DNA of 51,556 nt, from contig JAVZRC010000005.1 in NCBI GenBank assembly GCA_038880755.1, positions 1 to 51,556 of the forward strand, written 5' to 3'. Origin of the DNA: Candidatus Micrarchaeia archaeon (GTDB taxonomy: Archaea > Micrarchaeota > Micrarchaeia > CABMEP01). Below are positions 35,701 through 45,905 of the stretch, one piece after another (position 1 is the stretch's first letter; each line of letters opens with the position of its first letter). Below the pieces are notes generated by a model, which was not told the origin of the DNA, searched no databases, and saw only the letters and a list, made by a program, of their open reading frames with translations. The translations under genes and the position numbers were made by a program.

Positions 35701-36399
35701 TTATCTTCCAAACCTTCTTTCTCTTTTTTTAATTTCCTTGATTGCACTATAAAAATCTTTCTTTGTTATGTCTGGCCATAATTTATTGCAAAAATATAAT
35801 TCTGAATATACTGACTGCCAAGGCATAAAACCGCTTAATCTAATTTCTCCACCAGATCTAAATATGATGTCGGGATCTCCTAACTGTGGCGCATAAAGAT
35901 AATTTGAAAATGTATTTTCATTGACTTCATTAAGTTTGCCTTTTTTTGCATCTTTTATCATTTTATTTGCTGCATCAATAAGCTCTTTTCTTCCACCATA
36001 ATTACAAAATATTCCAAGTTTGTATTTCTTGTTATTCGAAGTTAGTTTATGTATCTTATTAATTTTATCTATTATTTCTTTAGGAAATGATGAAAAATCT
36101 CCAACAAAGATTATACTTATTTCCTTCCTTGCCTTTTCAAAATCTTTTGATAAAAGTAACTCGTCTAACATTTTATTGAAAAGATCAAAAAGGGCATCTA
36201 CTTCTTCCTTTGACCTTTTCATATTTTCTGTTGAAAGTATCCAAATCGATAGCGTAGTTACATCCAAATCTTTACACCATTCAATTAATTTTTTGAGTTT
36301 TTGTATTCCTGCCCAATGTCCTTCTTTTATAGATTTTCCTTTCTTTTTAGCCCATCTCCTATTTCCATCTGGAATTATTGCCAAGTGAATACCACTCAA
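35701..36399 (-). CDS. uppS: cis-prenyltransferase (polyprenyl diphosphate synthase)
   Basis: HLAIIPDGNRRWA, LSTENMKRS, NYGGRKE, DIIFRSGGEIRLSGF, RERRFG. Confidence 0.96.
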   Translation of the reverse strand: MSGIHLAIIPDGNRRWAKKKGKSIKEGHWAGIQKLKKLIEWCKDLDVTTLSIWILSTENMKRSKEEVDALFDLFNKMLDELLLSKDFEKARKEISIIFVGDFSSFPKEIIDKINKIHKLTSNNKKYKLGIFCNYGGRKELIDAANKMIKDAKKGKLNEVNENTFSNYLYAPQLGDPDIIFRSGGEIRLSGFMPWQSVYSELYFCNKLWPDITKKDFYSAIKEIKKRERRFGR

Positions 36400-36418
36400 T
36401 TTTTCACCTTTTTAATTA

Positions 36419-37942
36419 TTATTCGATCTTATTTAGATAAGGTATTGATCTTAAAATTTTTTGTGGAACTAAAGCATTGAAAATTTTAGTAATAAAAGCT
36501 AAAACTTTAAAGCCAAGTATATTAGCAGCTATTAAATACATGCTTATCCCAAATAAGATAAATAAAAATAAGTTAATAAAAGAAGTGCCTGGGTCGAAAA
36601 ATAATCTTAATAATAATATAGCTCCTGCCATTATTAAAGATGATAGTAATGGGATTTTTATTGGAAATATGAATCTAACTTTTAGAATTTTCTCACTCCA
36701 TTTAACCATAACTACTAAACCTAACGCCCTTGACACCACTGAGGCAGTTGCAGCACCTATAATACCAATGGCTGGAATTAAAATTAAGTTTAGGATTATA
36801 TTTATAATTGATGCCAAGACTGCACACATTCCGATCTGTTTCGTTAGTTTTTTTGCACCTAAATATGAGTTTATCATTCCTGTAATAACACCGTCAAAAA
36901 TAAAATAAGATAATATCATCAAAGGAAATGCTGCATCTATATATTGAAGACCGAAAAATACATTTACTATTGAATCTGAAAGTAAAGCCAGACCAAAAAC
37001 TGCAGGTAAAGATATGAAAAGTAAGTATTTGATTGTTGTATTTAAATTTCCAAAAGAATCTTTTCCTTCTGATTCAGCTGAAGTGAAATATGAAAAACTA
37101 ACCTTACTTATTCCACTAAGTAGTGAAGAACTAGAAGAGGCGATAGAAACAGCGATTCGATATATACCTACCGAAGTCGTACCTAGGAAGAATCCTATCA
37201 TTATCGAATCCGTCCACATTGTAAACGTCGCTGCTATCGAAGTTATTCCATAAAAGAACCCAAATGAAAACATATCCTGTAATGAATCCTCACTCTTACC
37301 TGAGAATGAAATTACATTTCTCAAAATATATGACTGAATAAAAGTTGCTATCGCAACAGATATTATATATCCAGTTATTGCTCCATCTATACCAAATCCT
37401 AAGATCACAAGTCCCGCAGATAATATTAATCTTAATAACTGATTAATTGTAGAAATAATTGATTCCTCTCTAAACTTTTTAATCCCATCAAGAATTCCTG
37501 AAAGAACGATGAAAAGATTATAAAATATAAAATAAATAGAACCAGCTAGAAAATATTTAGCTCCGCTTTTAATATTAAATAAAGATGCTAAATTTTCAGA
37601 AAATATGAACATTAAAAAAGCGATTAAAAATATGATTGCTAACTTCCATCTTAAAGGCGATGCTAATTTATATTTTAATTCTTTTTTATTTTTATCATAT
37701 TTTGATGAAAGATAAACTATATAGTAATTTAAACCTATTTCTGATATAGAAGAAAGAAAAGAAACAACTGCTATTATTGTAGATAATATACCCCAATTTT
37801 CTTTATCTAAAAGTCTTGCAAGAATTACAGTTGATATTAGACCTAAAAATAATATAAAAAAAATTCCTGAATATGCCCAGAATGAAGACTTTATCATTTC
37901 ATTTGTAGATTTTCTTTTATCTGTTTCTGTTTTAAAAGCCAT
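36419..37942 (-). CDS. oligosaccharide flippase (Wzx/RfbX, MOP superfamily)
   Basis: About 14 TM helices; ARLL...WG, VGIYRIA, N.ILNLILIP.IGIIGAA.A patterns. Confidence 0.85.
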   Translation of the reverse strand: MAFKTETDKRKSTNEMIKSSFWAYSGIFFILFLGLISTVILARLLDKENWGILSTIIAVVSFLSSISEIGLNYYIVYLSSKYDKNKKELKYKLASPLRWKLAIIFLIAFLMFIFSENLASLFNIKSGAKYFLAGSIYFIFYNLFIVLSGILDGIKKFREESIISTINQLLRLILSAGLVILGFGIDGAITGYIISVAIATFIQSYILRNVISFSGKSEDSLQDMFSFGFFYGITSIAATFTMWTDSIMIGFFLGTTSVGIYRIAVSIASSSSSLLSGISKVSFSYFTSAESEGKDSFGNLNTTIKYLLFISLPAVFGLALLSDSIVNVFFGLQYIDAAFPLMILSYFIFDGVITGMINSYLGAKKLTKQIGMCAVLASIINIILNLILIPAIGIIGAATASVVSRALGLVVMVKWSEKILKVRFIFPIKIPLLSSLIMAGAILLLRLFFDPGTSFINLFLFILFGISMYLIAANILGFKVLAFITKIFNALVPQKILRSIPYLNKIE

Positions 37943-37984
37943 AAATAAATTTAGATAGAAAGTAATAAAAGTATAATTTATAAA

Positions 37985-38629
37985 TTAAAATTTAAGGAAA
38001 ACGAAAGCTAAAATTCCAGAGACAACAGTACATATAAAATTCGATGTACTTTTAGTTCCTAATCCTTTTTCTTCAAATACTCCTGCTATCGAATCAGCTA
38101 AACTTCCAAGAAAACCAAAGAATCCTATTAATAATATATTCAAAGGATTGAAGGAGTATACAAAGTACGCTACAACACCTATTATTAAAGCACCCACAAA
38201 AGATAGATATGTTCCTAAAATTGAAATTGCTCCAGAAGTACCTTGCCTTACAGGTTTGAATGTAGCTAATGATACTGGATTAGGGGAAAGTACACCTAAT
38301 TCAGAAGCAAATTTATCTGCCATGGCACCTGCAAAAGCAGAAACATAAGATAATATCCATATAGGATCGTTAGTTATATAATAAAATCCACATGAAATAA
38401 GGGGAAATAGGGAATTTGAAAGTACATTCTGCCAACTCCTCTCATGTTCATATACACCTTTCTCTTTTTTTTCTTCATACATGTATTTTGTTATCCCAAC
38501 TCCAATTATCAAAAAAGTTAACGCAATTATAAGGTTCTGAATTGCAAAAGGACCTGAAAGAATATAAACTAAAAAAGCTGCTATTAATACTGAAAATATT
38601 CCTATTGCGTCAAGTAAAAGTAACCTCAT
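37985..38629 (-). CDS. DUF92/TMEM19 family membrane protein
   Basis: RSWQNVLSN, ADKFASELG, V..GTSGAIS.LG, DS..G motifs. Confidence 0.88.
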   Translation of the reverse strand: MRLLLLDAIGIFSVLIAAFLVYILSGPFAIQNLIIALTFLIIGVGITKYMYEEKKEKGVYEHERSWQNVLSNSLFPLISCGFYYITNDPIWILSYVSAFAGAMADKFASELGVLSPNPVSLATFKPVRQGTSGAISILGTYLSFVGALIIGVVAYFVYSFNPLNILLIGFFGFLGSLADSIAGVFEEKGLGTKSTSNFICTVVSGILAFVFLKF

Positions 38630-38654
38630 AAAACCACTATGTATAAGTAATCAA

Positions 38655-39668
38655 TTATTTATTTCCTATTCCATTCACTGAAATAATTCCTCTCTCTACT
38701 TTAAACTGTTTTCCAGTAAAAAGAGGTATTATGTTCATACATGATTGCATGTGATCTGTTAATTTATTAACTTTTATTTCAGATTCGCCAGATGCTAAAG
38801 CCATATATATTAAAAGTTGATCTCCCATCCAATCATCTACACATCCTTTTGATTTTATTAATTTATTTAGGCTTTTTGCACAACTTAAAGCGAGTTTTTC
38901 AGCTTTTAAACCTCTTTCACCTAAAACATCATGACCTAATATTGTATTTTCATATTCTGCCCAAAGAGTTATGGAATTGCCTGTCGAAGGTGATGTTTTA
39001 TTTCTCTTATTTAGAATGATGCCTGGAAAGACCTCTCTTATACTTTTTTCTTCTCTATCCATAATTTCTTCAGGAAGGTTTGATTGAGATATAATTCCGT
39101 TTATTGATTTTAGATTTATTTTTTCAGTTAATGATATTGGATTAATATTAGATGGTTTTACGAAGAGAACTACTTTTCCTCCTCCTTTTGGATACCACCC
39201 AAATTCTTCTACAAGTATTTCCGCGTTAACGTTCATTTTTCTAATTAGAGGTAAAAATACATTTTCGAAATAATCAATTGAGGGAGAATGGGAAACATGT
39301 GTTCCGCCTTTGAAAGTTATTTTAGAAGGCCTATCTGCATATAACATTACTGGAAGAATCGATTGCATAAGAAGTGAGATAGACCCAGCTGTTCCTATAT
39401 CAAATTCATAATATCCACCTATTATTTTATTAGGTTTAAAAAACAGTTCTGTAGAACCTAATATATTCCCCTGTACCTCTGCTTTTGTAATCAATGAAAG
39501 TGAATTTACAGATGTTAGATGTTGAGGTTGCAAGCCTGGTTTTGGTCTTTTTACTCTTATATTTTTTATACTAAATGGAATACCAGTAATACAAGAAAGA
39601 GCCAATGCGACTCTTAATATCTGACCTCCCCCTTCCCCTATAGAGCCATCTATTACAATTGGATCCAT
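38655..39668 (-). CDS. rtcA: RNA 3'-terminal phosphate cyclase
   Basis: IDGSIGEGGGQILR, IR.KRPKPGL.PQH, GTAGS, GGTHV..SP, GWYPKGGG, DQLL, catalytic His in LTDH; ATG at 39668 follows an AGGTGG SD (ORF track starts at GTG 39677). Confidence 0.95.
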   Translation of the reverse strand: MDPIVIDGSIGEGGGQILRVALALSCITGIPFSIKNIRVKRPKPGLQPQHLTSVNSLSLITKAEVQGNILGSTELFFKPNKIIGGYYEFDIGTAGSISLLMQSILPVMLYADRPSKITFKGGTHVSHSPSIDYFENVFLPLIRKMNVNAEILVEEFGWYPKGGGKVVLFVKPSNINPISLTEKINLKSINGIISQSNLPEEIMDREEKSIREVFPGIILNKRNKTSPSTGNSITLWAEYENTILGHDVLGERGLKAEKLALSCAKSLNKLIKSKGCVDDWMGDQLLIYMALASGESEIKVNKLTDHMQSCMNIIPLFTGKQFKVERGIISVNGIGNK

Positions 39669-39692
39669 AAATTCCACCTATTGTGAAAAGAA

Positions 39693-39762
39693 AGAGGCCA
39701 GTGCGTTCGCACTGGCGAGGCGACCAATTTGAGGCAGATGTACAAAATTCGATGTACCCTCT
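39693..39762. ncRNA. candidate structured RNA or cis-element upstream of rtcA
   Basis: ~54% GC island in AT-rich intergenic DNA; perfect 8-bp hairpin GCCAGTGC/GCACTGGC, 5-bp hairpin GTACA/TGTAC, closing AGAGG/CCTCT. Confidence 0.4.
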
Positions 39763-39959
39763 ATTAGTATAATATCTAAAAAATTTATAAATCTTACTAG
39801 ATTAATCGATTTAATATAAATATTTTTTCTTTTAGCCGTACTTCTTATACTTCCACTAAAAATTAAAATTAAGAATATAAATAGACGAACCCTTTCTTCA
39901 AGTAATCTTTCTATTTGAAATGTTTTAATAGTTTTAGAAGAAATTTAATTGGGGATCTA

Positions 39960-41126
39960 ATGGACTTTAACTTTTTAACACACCTATCTAAAAAGAAAGG
40001 TTGTGGTGGAAAACGAATCGAAGAACCTGAAGGATTCATAGTTGAGGAAATTTTTAATGGAAAAAACGTAAGAGAACTGAATCTTAAAGAAGAAAAAGAA
40101 ACAGAATATATTACATTTGTATTAAAAAAGAAAAACTATACTACTTATGAAGCATTAAAAATCCTATCAGAACGGCTTCAAATAGAAATAGATAGATTTA
40201 GTGTTGCTGGACAAAAGGATAAGAACGCTATAACATATCAATTAGTTTCTTGCTGGAAAGGTAAAGATATTACACCTCAAAAACTTCTTAGTGTAATTAA
40301 AAGTGAAGAAAATATAGAAATAATCAAAGTATGGAATACGGATTATAAGATTAAGGTGGGTGAATTAACTGGAAATAGCTTTACTGTAAGAATTAAAGAT
40401 GTTGAAAATATTGATAATATTAATGAAATAATGGAGGATAATAAAGATAAAATACCTAATTACTTTGGACCACAGAGATTTGGAACTAGATCTACAAATG
40501 TTAAAGTCGCAAGATATTTACTACTAAAAAACTATGAAGCTGCAATTAAAAACCTACTTCAAATACCTGAAAATGAAAATATTAATGATATTGATAACAT
40601 GAATAATTTTGGATTATATGAGAAAAAAATTGTTAGATTTCTTAAAGATAAGACTGACCCTAAGGATTTTATGAGTGCTTTAAAAATTATTCCTAATTCT
40701 ATTTTAAGATTAATACTTGAATCATACCAATCATATTTATTTAATTTAGAATTAAGTTATAGAATAAAAAACTCTTTGCTTGAACCTATGGAAAATGATA
40801 AAACTTGTGGGTTTAATAAGTATGGATTTATAGATGTAAACATGCCTGGAAATGAAGTTGTTTGTACTCAATTAGTTGGATATGATAGTAAACCAAATAA
40901 TATAATAAAAGACATATTATGGGAAGAAGGTATAGAAATTGGCGATTTTAAACTTCGTGAACTTTCTAATGTTAGCTTAAAAGGTTCTTGGCGTCCATTA
41001 CTTGTTAATGTAAAGGATTTAAATATTAAGAAAGATAAAGATGAATACGAATTAAAATTTAAATTAACGAAAGGAGCATACGCAACTAGTGCTTTAAGAG
41101 AATTTATGGATATAAAAAGAATATAA
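39960..41126 (+). CDS. truD: tRNA pseudouridine(13) synthase TruD
   Basis: F.VEE, AGQKDKNAITYQ (catalytic Asp), GNSF, PNYFGPQRFG, F.L.KGAYAT..LRE; ATG at 39960 preferred. Confidence 0.93.
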   Translation: MDFNFLTHLSKKKGCGGKRIEEPEGFIVEEIFNGKNVRELNLKEEKETEYITFVLKKKNYTTYEALKILSERLQIEIDRFSVAGQKDKNAITYQLVSCWKGKDITPQKLLSVIKSEENIEIIKVWNTDYKIKVGELTGNSFTVRIKDVENIDNINEIMEDNKDKIPNYFGPQRFGTRSTNVKVARYLLLKNYEAAIKNLLQIPENENINDIDNMNNFGLYEKKIVRFLKDKTDPKDFMSALKIIPNSILRLILESYQSYLFNLELSYRIKNSLLEPMENDKTCGFNKYGFIDVNMPGNEVVCTQLVGYDSKPNNIIKDILWEEGIEIGDFKLRELSNVSLKGSWRPLLVNVKDLNIKKDKDEYELKFKLTKGAYATSALREFMDIKRI

Positions 41127-41136
41127 GAGGATTAAA

Positions 41137-42318
41137 ATGAATCTTCAATTTAATAGAGTAATAGAATATATTATGATGTTTTTAGTTCTTTTTTTTACTA
41201 CAACAATGCTATTAATATATCTAAAAAATAGAAAAAAAGTTAGAGAGAGTGCAAAAAGAACTAAATATGAACCTACTGTAAGCTTTATCATTCCTGCATA
41301 TAATGAAGAAGAAACTATACTAGATACTATAAAATCTGTTTTGGAATCAGACTATCCACAAGATAAAATTGAGATTATTGTTGTAAATGATGGATCTACT
41401 GATAGAACTGCTGAAGTTGTAAAAACTATTAAAGATAAAAGAGTTAAATTGATAAATAAGAAAAACAGTGGAAAAGCAGATTCTTTGAACAAAGGAATAG
41501 AAAAAGCTAAAGGAGAGATTATAGTAACTTTAGACGCTGATTCATACATTGAAAAAGATAGTCTAAGAAAAATGATTTCTTACTTTAAAGATGATGTAGC
41601 AGCCGTTACTTCAGCTGTAAAAGTGAAGGAAAGAGAAAATATGACTTTCCTTGAGAAGCTACAAAGATTGGAATATTTATTTACTATATTTAATAGAAGA
41701 TTATTTGCTATGATTAATGGAGTTTATGTAACACCTGGTCCGTTTAGTGCTTTCAGAAGAGAAATATTTGATATTGTTGGTGGATTTGACCCTAATAACA
41801 TAATGGAAGATCAAGAAATCGCACTAAGGATACAGGCTGCAAATTATAAAATAGAGAGTTGTATGGATGCTGTTGTTTATACTGATGTTCCTAAAGACTT
41901 TTCTTCATTCATGAAACAAAGAGAAAGATGGCATCGTGGTGGGTTTAGGAACGTGCTTAAGTATGCATATACTATAAATCCTAAATATGGTGACTTTGGA
42001 GTATTTGTAATGCTTTATAGTATACTTTCTATAATTTTATTAATTGTTGTTTCTTTGGCTGTAGCTACTGCTGTTTCAAAAGGTAATTTTTTAGTTTTTG
42101 ACAAACTTCTTCTTACGATAGAACCTATCCATATATTATCAGCAATAGTCCTTATTATCACGTTAGCATGGACGGTAATTGCATTAAAAGAGATGAAAGA
42201 AAATAGAATCAAAAAAAGGTATTTGATAATTTATACTATATTATATTGCTATCTAATAACATTATTTATGTTTATTGCTATATTTAAAGAACTAAAGGGA
42301 GAAAAACAAAGATGGTAA
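41137..42318 (+). CDS. processive GT2 glycosyltransferase (PgaC/cellulose/hyaluronan synthase-like)
   Basis: IPAYNEE, DGSTD, GKADSLN, DADS, ED and QRERW (QxxRW) motifs; N- and C-terminal TM helices. Confidence 0.88.
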   Translation: MNLQFNRVIEYIMMFLVLFFTTTMLLIYLKNRKKVRESAKRTKYEPTVSFIIPAYNEEETILDTIKSVLESDYPQDKIEIIVVNDGSTDRTAEVVKTIKDKRVKLINKKNSGKADSLNKGIEKAKGEIIVTLDADSYIEKDSLRKMISYFKDDVAAVTSAVKVKERENMTFLEKLQRLEYLFTIFNRRLFAMINGVYVTPGPFSAFRREIFDIVGGFDPNNIMEDQEIALRIQAANYKIESCMDAVVYTDVPKDFSSFMKQRERWHRGGFRNVLKYAYTINPKYGDFGVFVMLYSILSIILLIVVSLAVATAVSKGNFLVFDKLLLTIEPIHILSAIVLIITLAWTVIALKEMKENRIKKRYLIIYTILYCYLITLFMFIAIFKELKGEKQRW

Positions 42319-42337
42319 AGGAAGATTTGGTGATTTT

Positions 42338-42982
42338 ATGACACTAAAGAAATTAGAAAGAAAGATTAGCTGGGACATATACTTGACTGCTTTTGTTATA
42401 TCTTTAGTAATATTTAGTATAGGTGTATGGTTTGGATTACAAATAGAAAAAACTGTTTATGAACAAATGATTGAAAAAATCACAAATTTAAATAACCACA
42501 TTATCGCAGTTGGGAATCTATTGCTTCTTGAAAATGATGAAAGTTATTGTGAGTATATCAAAAGTGAGATTGTTAAATTTGACGAAGAAACGTATGAACT
42601 TGGAAAACAGATAGAATTTATGGAAGACAGAAGAGGTATAGATGAAGAAGTTAAAATAAATTATATGGAACTTGAATTTAGAGATTATTTATTAGCTAAA
42701 AAAGTAAACCAAATCTGTGGTGAAAAGCAAAATTTGATTTTATACTTTGTAAATAGTGAAACATGCAAAAATTGTAAAGAACAGGGAGAGATTATAACAT
42801 CTGCAAGAACTAAAACAAATACTAAAGTATATACTTTTGATCTTTCGATAAACACAAGTTTAGTAAATGCATTGAAAAAGAGATATGAAATAAAAGATGT
42901 TTCATTACCAATAATTATTATAAATGATGAGATTAATTTTGGTTTTATGAACGAAGAGGAGATAATTTCTAAATTGAATTAG
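42338..42982 (+). CDS. membrane-anchored protein with C-terminal thioredoxin-like CxxC domain
   Basis: N-terminal TM, helical stalk, LYF....CKNC, ..LP.IIIN. Confidence 0.6.
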   Translation: MTLKKLERKISWDIYLTAFVISLVIFSIGVWFGLQIEKTVYEQMIEKITNLNNHIIAVGNLLLLENDESYCEYIKSEIVKFDEETYELGKQIEFMEDRRGIDEEVKINYMELEFRDYLLAKKVNQICGEKQNLILYFVNSETCKNCKEQGEIITSARTKTNTKVYTFDLSINTSLVNALKKRYEIKDVSLPIIIINDEINFGFMNEEEIISKLN

Positions 42983-42998
42983 TTAACAAAAAGGGTTT

Positions 42999-43316
42999 AT
43001 GATGAAAGAAAGAGTATTAGTAAATATTATGGAACGAAATAAGCAAATTGTAATAGCTATATGTGACGAGTCAGTATTAGGGAAGAAATACAAAGAAGGT
43101 GAATTATGCCTTGATTTAATTAAGTATAAAAAATTTTATGATGGTAAAGTTGTAGAAGATATAAAAGAATTAAAAGAAAAAATCAAATCCGCTTCATCTA
43201 TAAATATAGTAGGAAAGGAATCGATAAGATTAATACAAAAGCTTGGATTTGACATAAAAAACTGTAAATACATAGGAAAAGAAAAGATACCGCACTTACA
43301 AATATATAGATTATGA
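42999..43316 (+). CDS. DUF424 family protein
   Basis: IAICD..VLGK...G...L....FY.G; A..INIVG motifs. Confidence 0.85.
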   Translation: MMKERVLVNIMERNKQIVIAICDESVLGKKYKEGELCLDLIKYKKFYDGKVVEDIKELKEKIKSASSINIVGKESIRLIQKLGFDIKNCKYIGKEKIPHLQIYRL

Positions 43317-43321
43317 ATTTT

Positions 43322-44485
43322 TTACTTTGTTGCTGAAATTATTCTAATAACATCCCCATTATTTAGAATATGATCTTTCCCTATTCTTATTTTTCTCTTT
43401 GCGTCTATTGCGTATATGAAATTTTTTGCAAGGTCTGTATGTATCTTTGCTGCAAATTGAATTGTAGTTGTTCCTTTCTTTACTAATATAGCATCTGGCA
43501 GAATATTTCCAAAATTATCTGAAAATTTATTTTCATCGCTTACAGGATAAACAACTATTAAACCTAAAAAATCAAAAACTGCCTTATTTATTACTTCTTG
43601 AACTTTTGTTCCCCCATTTAATTCTATAACTTTTTTTATTTTTTCGAGTGCTTGTCTTTGTTGCTCATTAGCGTTTATTATTTCAAAATGGTTTTCGCCG
43701 GGGGTATATTTAATGATATTATTTTTGGCAGCTTTCCTTAAAGCTAGCTCTCCATCTGCATAAGTCGGAATTATTAATTTATCTGGAAACTTTTCTTTTA
43801 ATTTTAGATAATTTTCTCTTGCCCCAGGAATGTCTATTTTGTTTGCTGCAATTATAACTGGCATTGCTTCTTTTTTTATTTCTCTGGAAAATTCAAGTAT
43901 TTGATTATCACTCCAGTTTATTCTTTCTAAAGGAAGATTCAATCTTTTTGCTGTTTTTTCTATTTCATCCATTGATATTTTTAATCCCGTTAGTATTTCT
44001 TGAATCGCTTTTATATCCCTACCTTTGATCTTACTCCATCCTCTTTTTATGATACTATCTATCCAATAAATTAATTCTTCTTCAAGAAATATAACTTCTT
44101 CATTAGGATCATAATTCTCAGTTGGATTACCCTCTGCATCTGTCTTTCCACTTACATCTACCACTTGAATAAGAACGTCTGCTGATCTGATATCATCTAA
44201 AAAACGATTCCCAAGTCCTTTTCCTTCATGCGCACCAGGGACTAATCCAGCGATGTCTAATAGATTTATTGGAACAAATCTTTTTCCATTATAGCATTTC
44301 CCATTTTTAGGATTACATACTATCCCTAATTCTTTGCATGGACAGTCGACTTCAACATAAGTAATTCCTTTATTAGGATCGATTGTTGTAAAAGGACGTG
44401 GACTTATTGGAACGTCTACTGTTGTTGCTGCAGAGAAGAAAGTTGATTTCCCACTTGATGGTTTACCTGTTATTCCAATTAACAT
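43322..44485 (-). CDS. ychF: archaeal YchF-related Obg-family GTPase/ATPase with TGS domain
   Basis: GKPSSGKST, PFTTIDPN, DIAGLVPGAHEGKGLGNRFLDD, ANKID, C-terminal TGS. Confidence 0.92.
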   Translation of the reverse strand: MLIGITGKPSSGKSTFFSAATTVDVPISPRPFTTIDPNKGITYVEVDCPCKELGIVCNPKNGKCYNGKRFVPINLLDIAGLVPGAHEGKGLGNRFLDDIRSADVLIQVVDVSGKTDAEGNPTENYDPNEEVIFLEEELIYWIDSIIKRGWSKIKGRDIKAIQEILTGLKISMDEIEKTAKRLNLPLERINWSDNQILEFSREIKKEAMPVIIAANKIDIPGARENYLKLKEKFPDKLIIPTYADGELALRKAAKNNIIKYTPGENHFEIINANEQQRQALEKIKKVIELNGGTKVQEVINKAVFDFLGLIVVYPVSDENKFSDNFGNILPDAILVKKGTTTIQFAAKIHTDLAKNFIYAIDAKRKIRIGKDHILNNGDVIRIISATK

Positions 44486-44615
44486 TTTATCTCCTTTGTG
44501 AATTTATTTGCATTGTTAAAAAGAAATAAAAACATATCTCATATATATTAGTGTGTTTATTAGTGTGATGTTTACCTAATAAATATGTAACTAAATATAT
44601 AAAAACGGTGGTATA

Positions 44616-45143
44616 ATGGATCTTAGCTTTTCTATAATAGTTTTTCTTCTCCAAATTTTTATAGGTATATTGTTTGCTATATTATCAGTATATCTTGGTC
44701 TTAGATTTTATGACAAAATGACTAAAGGAATAGATGAAATAAAAGAACTGAAAAAAGGAAATGTTGCAGTTGCGATCATTCTTGCTTCTCTTATACTATC
44801 AATAGGTAACATTGTGCAGCAAGGGGTGGCTCAATTCGATAACGTTCTTCTTCGTGGAGTTTCTATTCCTTTATTCATAATTTCTTTTATAATGGCAATT
44901 ATACAATTAGGTATTGTTGTTTTAATTGCGATATTGGCGATTTATGTTGCGATAAGAGTTTTAGATTCAATGACTGTAGGTATAGATGAATTAGGTGAAA
45001 TAAAGAAAGGTAATATTGCAGTTGCTATAATAGTTGCTGCTGTTATATATCTTGTATCACTTGTTGTTTCTGGTGCAATAGCAGATATAAACAACCTTTC
45101 AATATTTAAACCAGAAATAGTAGCTAGTATGCTTGGATTGTAA
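44616..45143 (+). CDS. DUF350-like membrane protein, internally duplicated
   Basis: Two repeats (K/S)MT.GIDE..E.KKGN.AVAI. Confidence 0.8.
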   Translation: MDLSFSIIVFLLQIFIGILFAILSVYLGLRFYDKMTKGIDEIKELKKGNVAVAIILASLILSIGNIVQQGVAQFDNVLLRGVSIPLFIISFIMAIIQLGIVVLIAILAIYVAIRVLDSMTVGIDELGEIKKGNIAVAIIVAAVIYLVSLVVSGAIADINNLSIFKPEIVASMLGL

Positions 45144-45152
45144 TATTTATTT

Positions 45153-45584
45153 TTATTGATTTACTAAAGTTATTTTTCCATTTTTTGATTCTATTTTTAT
45201 AAATCCTTTTTTAATAGTTATCTCACTAGTTATATCTATAGTACATTTAGAAAAAAATGACTTGTTTTCTAAATTTGAAGATAAGATTAATTCATTTTTA
45301 TTTGCAGATATTTTAACTTCTTCAGGAAAATAAAGATATAAAATGCGTTCATTGCCGTCACCGAGAATACATAATGAATTTATTGAGTTTTCTAAATCAT
45401 TTGAATATTTAGATAATAAAATTTTATTGATTTCAATCTGGAATTTATTGTTGATTTTTATGAAATTCATAAGAAATAGAGAAAGAATAGAGAGAAAAAT
45501 AGCAAAAATTAATAAGAATTCTATAGAAAGTTGACCTCTTTTATTTCTATCAAGGGAGTTTAAATCCCCTACTGCGTCCATCAT
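45153..45584 (-). CDS. class III signal peptide pilin-like protein
   Basis: KRG|QLSIEFLLIFAIFL. Confidence 0.8.
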   Translation of the reverse strand: MMDAVGDLNSLDRNKRGQLSIEFLLIFAIFLSILSLFLMNFIKINNKFQIEINKILLSKYSNDLENSINSLCILGDGNERILYLYFPEEVKISANKNELILSSNLENKSFFSKCTIDITSEITIKKGFIKIESKNGKITLVNQ

Positions 45585-45585
45585 T

Positions 45586-45840
45586 CTACCATTGATATAG
45601 ATGAGAGATCTCAGATGTTAGCGTAGGTGGAGAAGGTTTGCTTGTAGAAATATTTGTAGTTTGTTCTATCTGCCCATATATTTTATCTGAAGTGTTCTGA
45701 ATTGAGCTGGATGCCTTCTCTGCTGATTCTCGCATCTTTGATGCAACTAAAAAAACTACACCTAGCAGTATTGCTAGAATTATAATCAACTCTATAGAAA
45801 GTTGACCTTTTATATTGTTTCTAGATTTAGATCTTATCAT
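45586..45840 (-). CDS. small class III signal peptide pilin
   Basis: IKG|QLSIELIIILAILLGV; Ser/Thr-rich tail. Confidence 0.82.
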   Translation of the reverse strand: MIRSKSRNNIKGQLSIELIIILAILLGVVFLVASKMRESAEKASSSIQNTSDKIYGQIEQTTNISTSKPSPPTLTSEISHLYQW

Positions 45841-45905
45841 ATTTGATATAATAAAAATATTATTTTTAAATCTTTACTTAGGGGTATTGAAAAAGCTTAA
45901 TGGAT

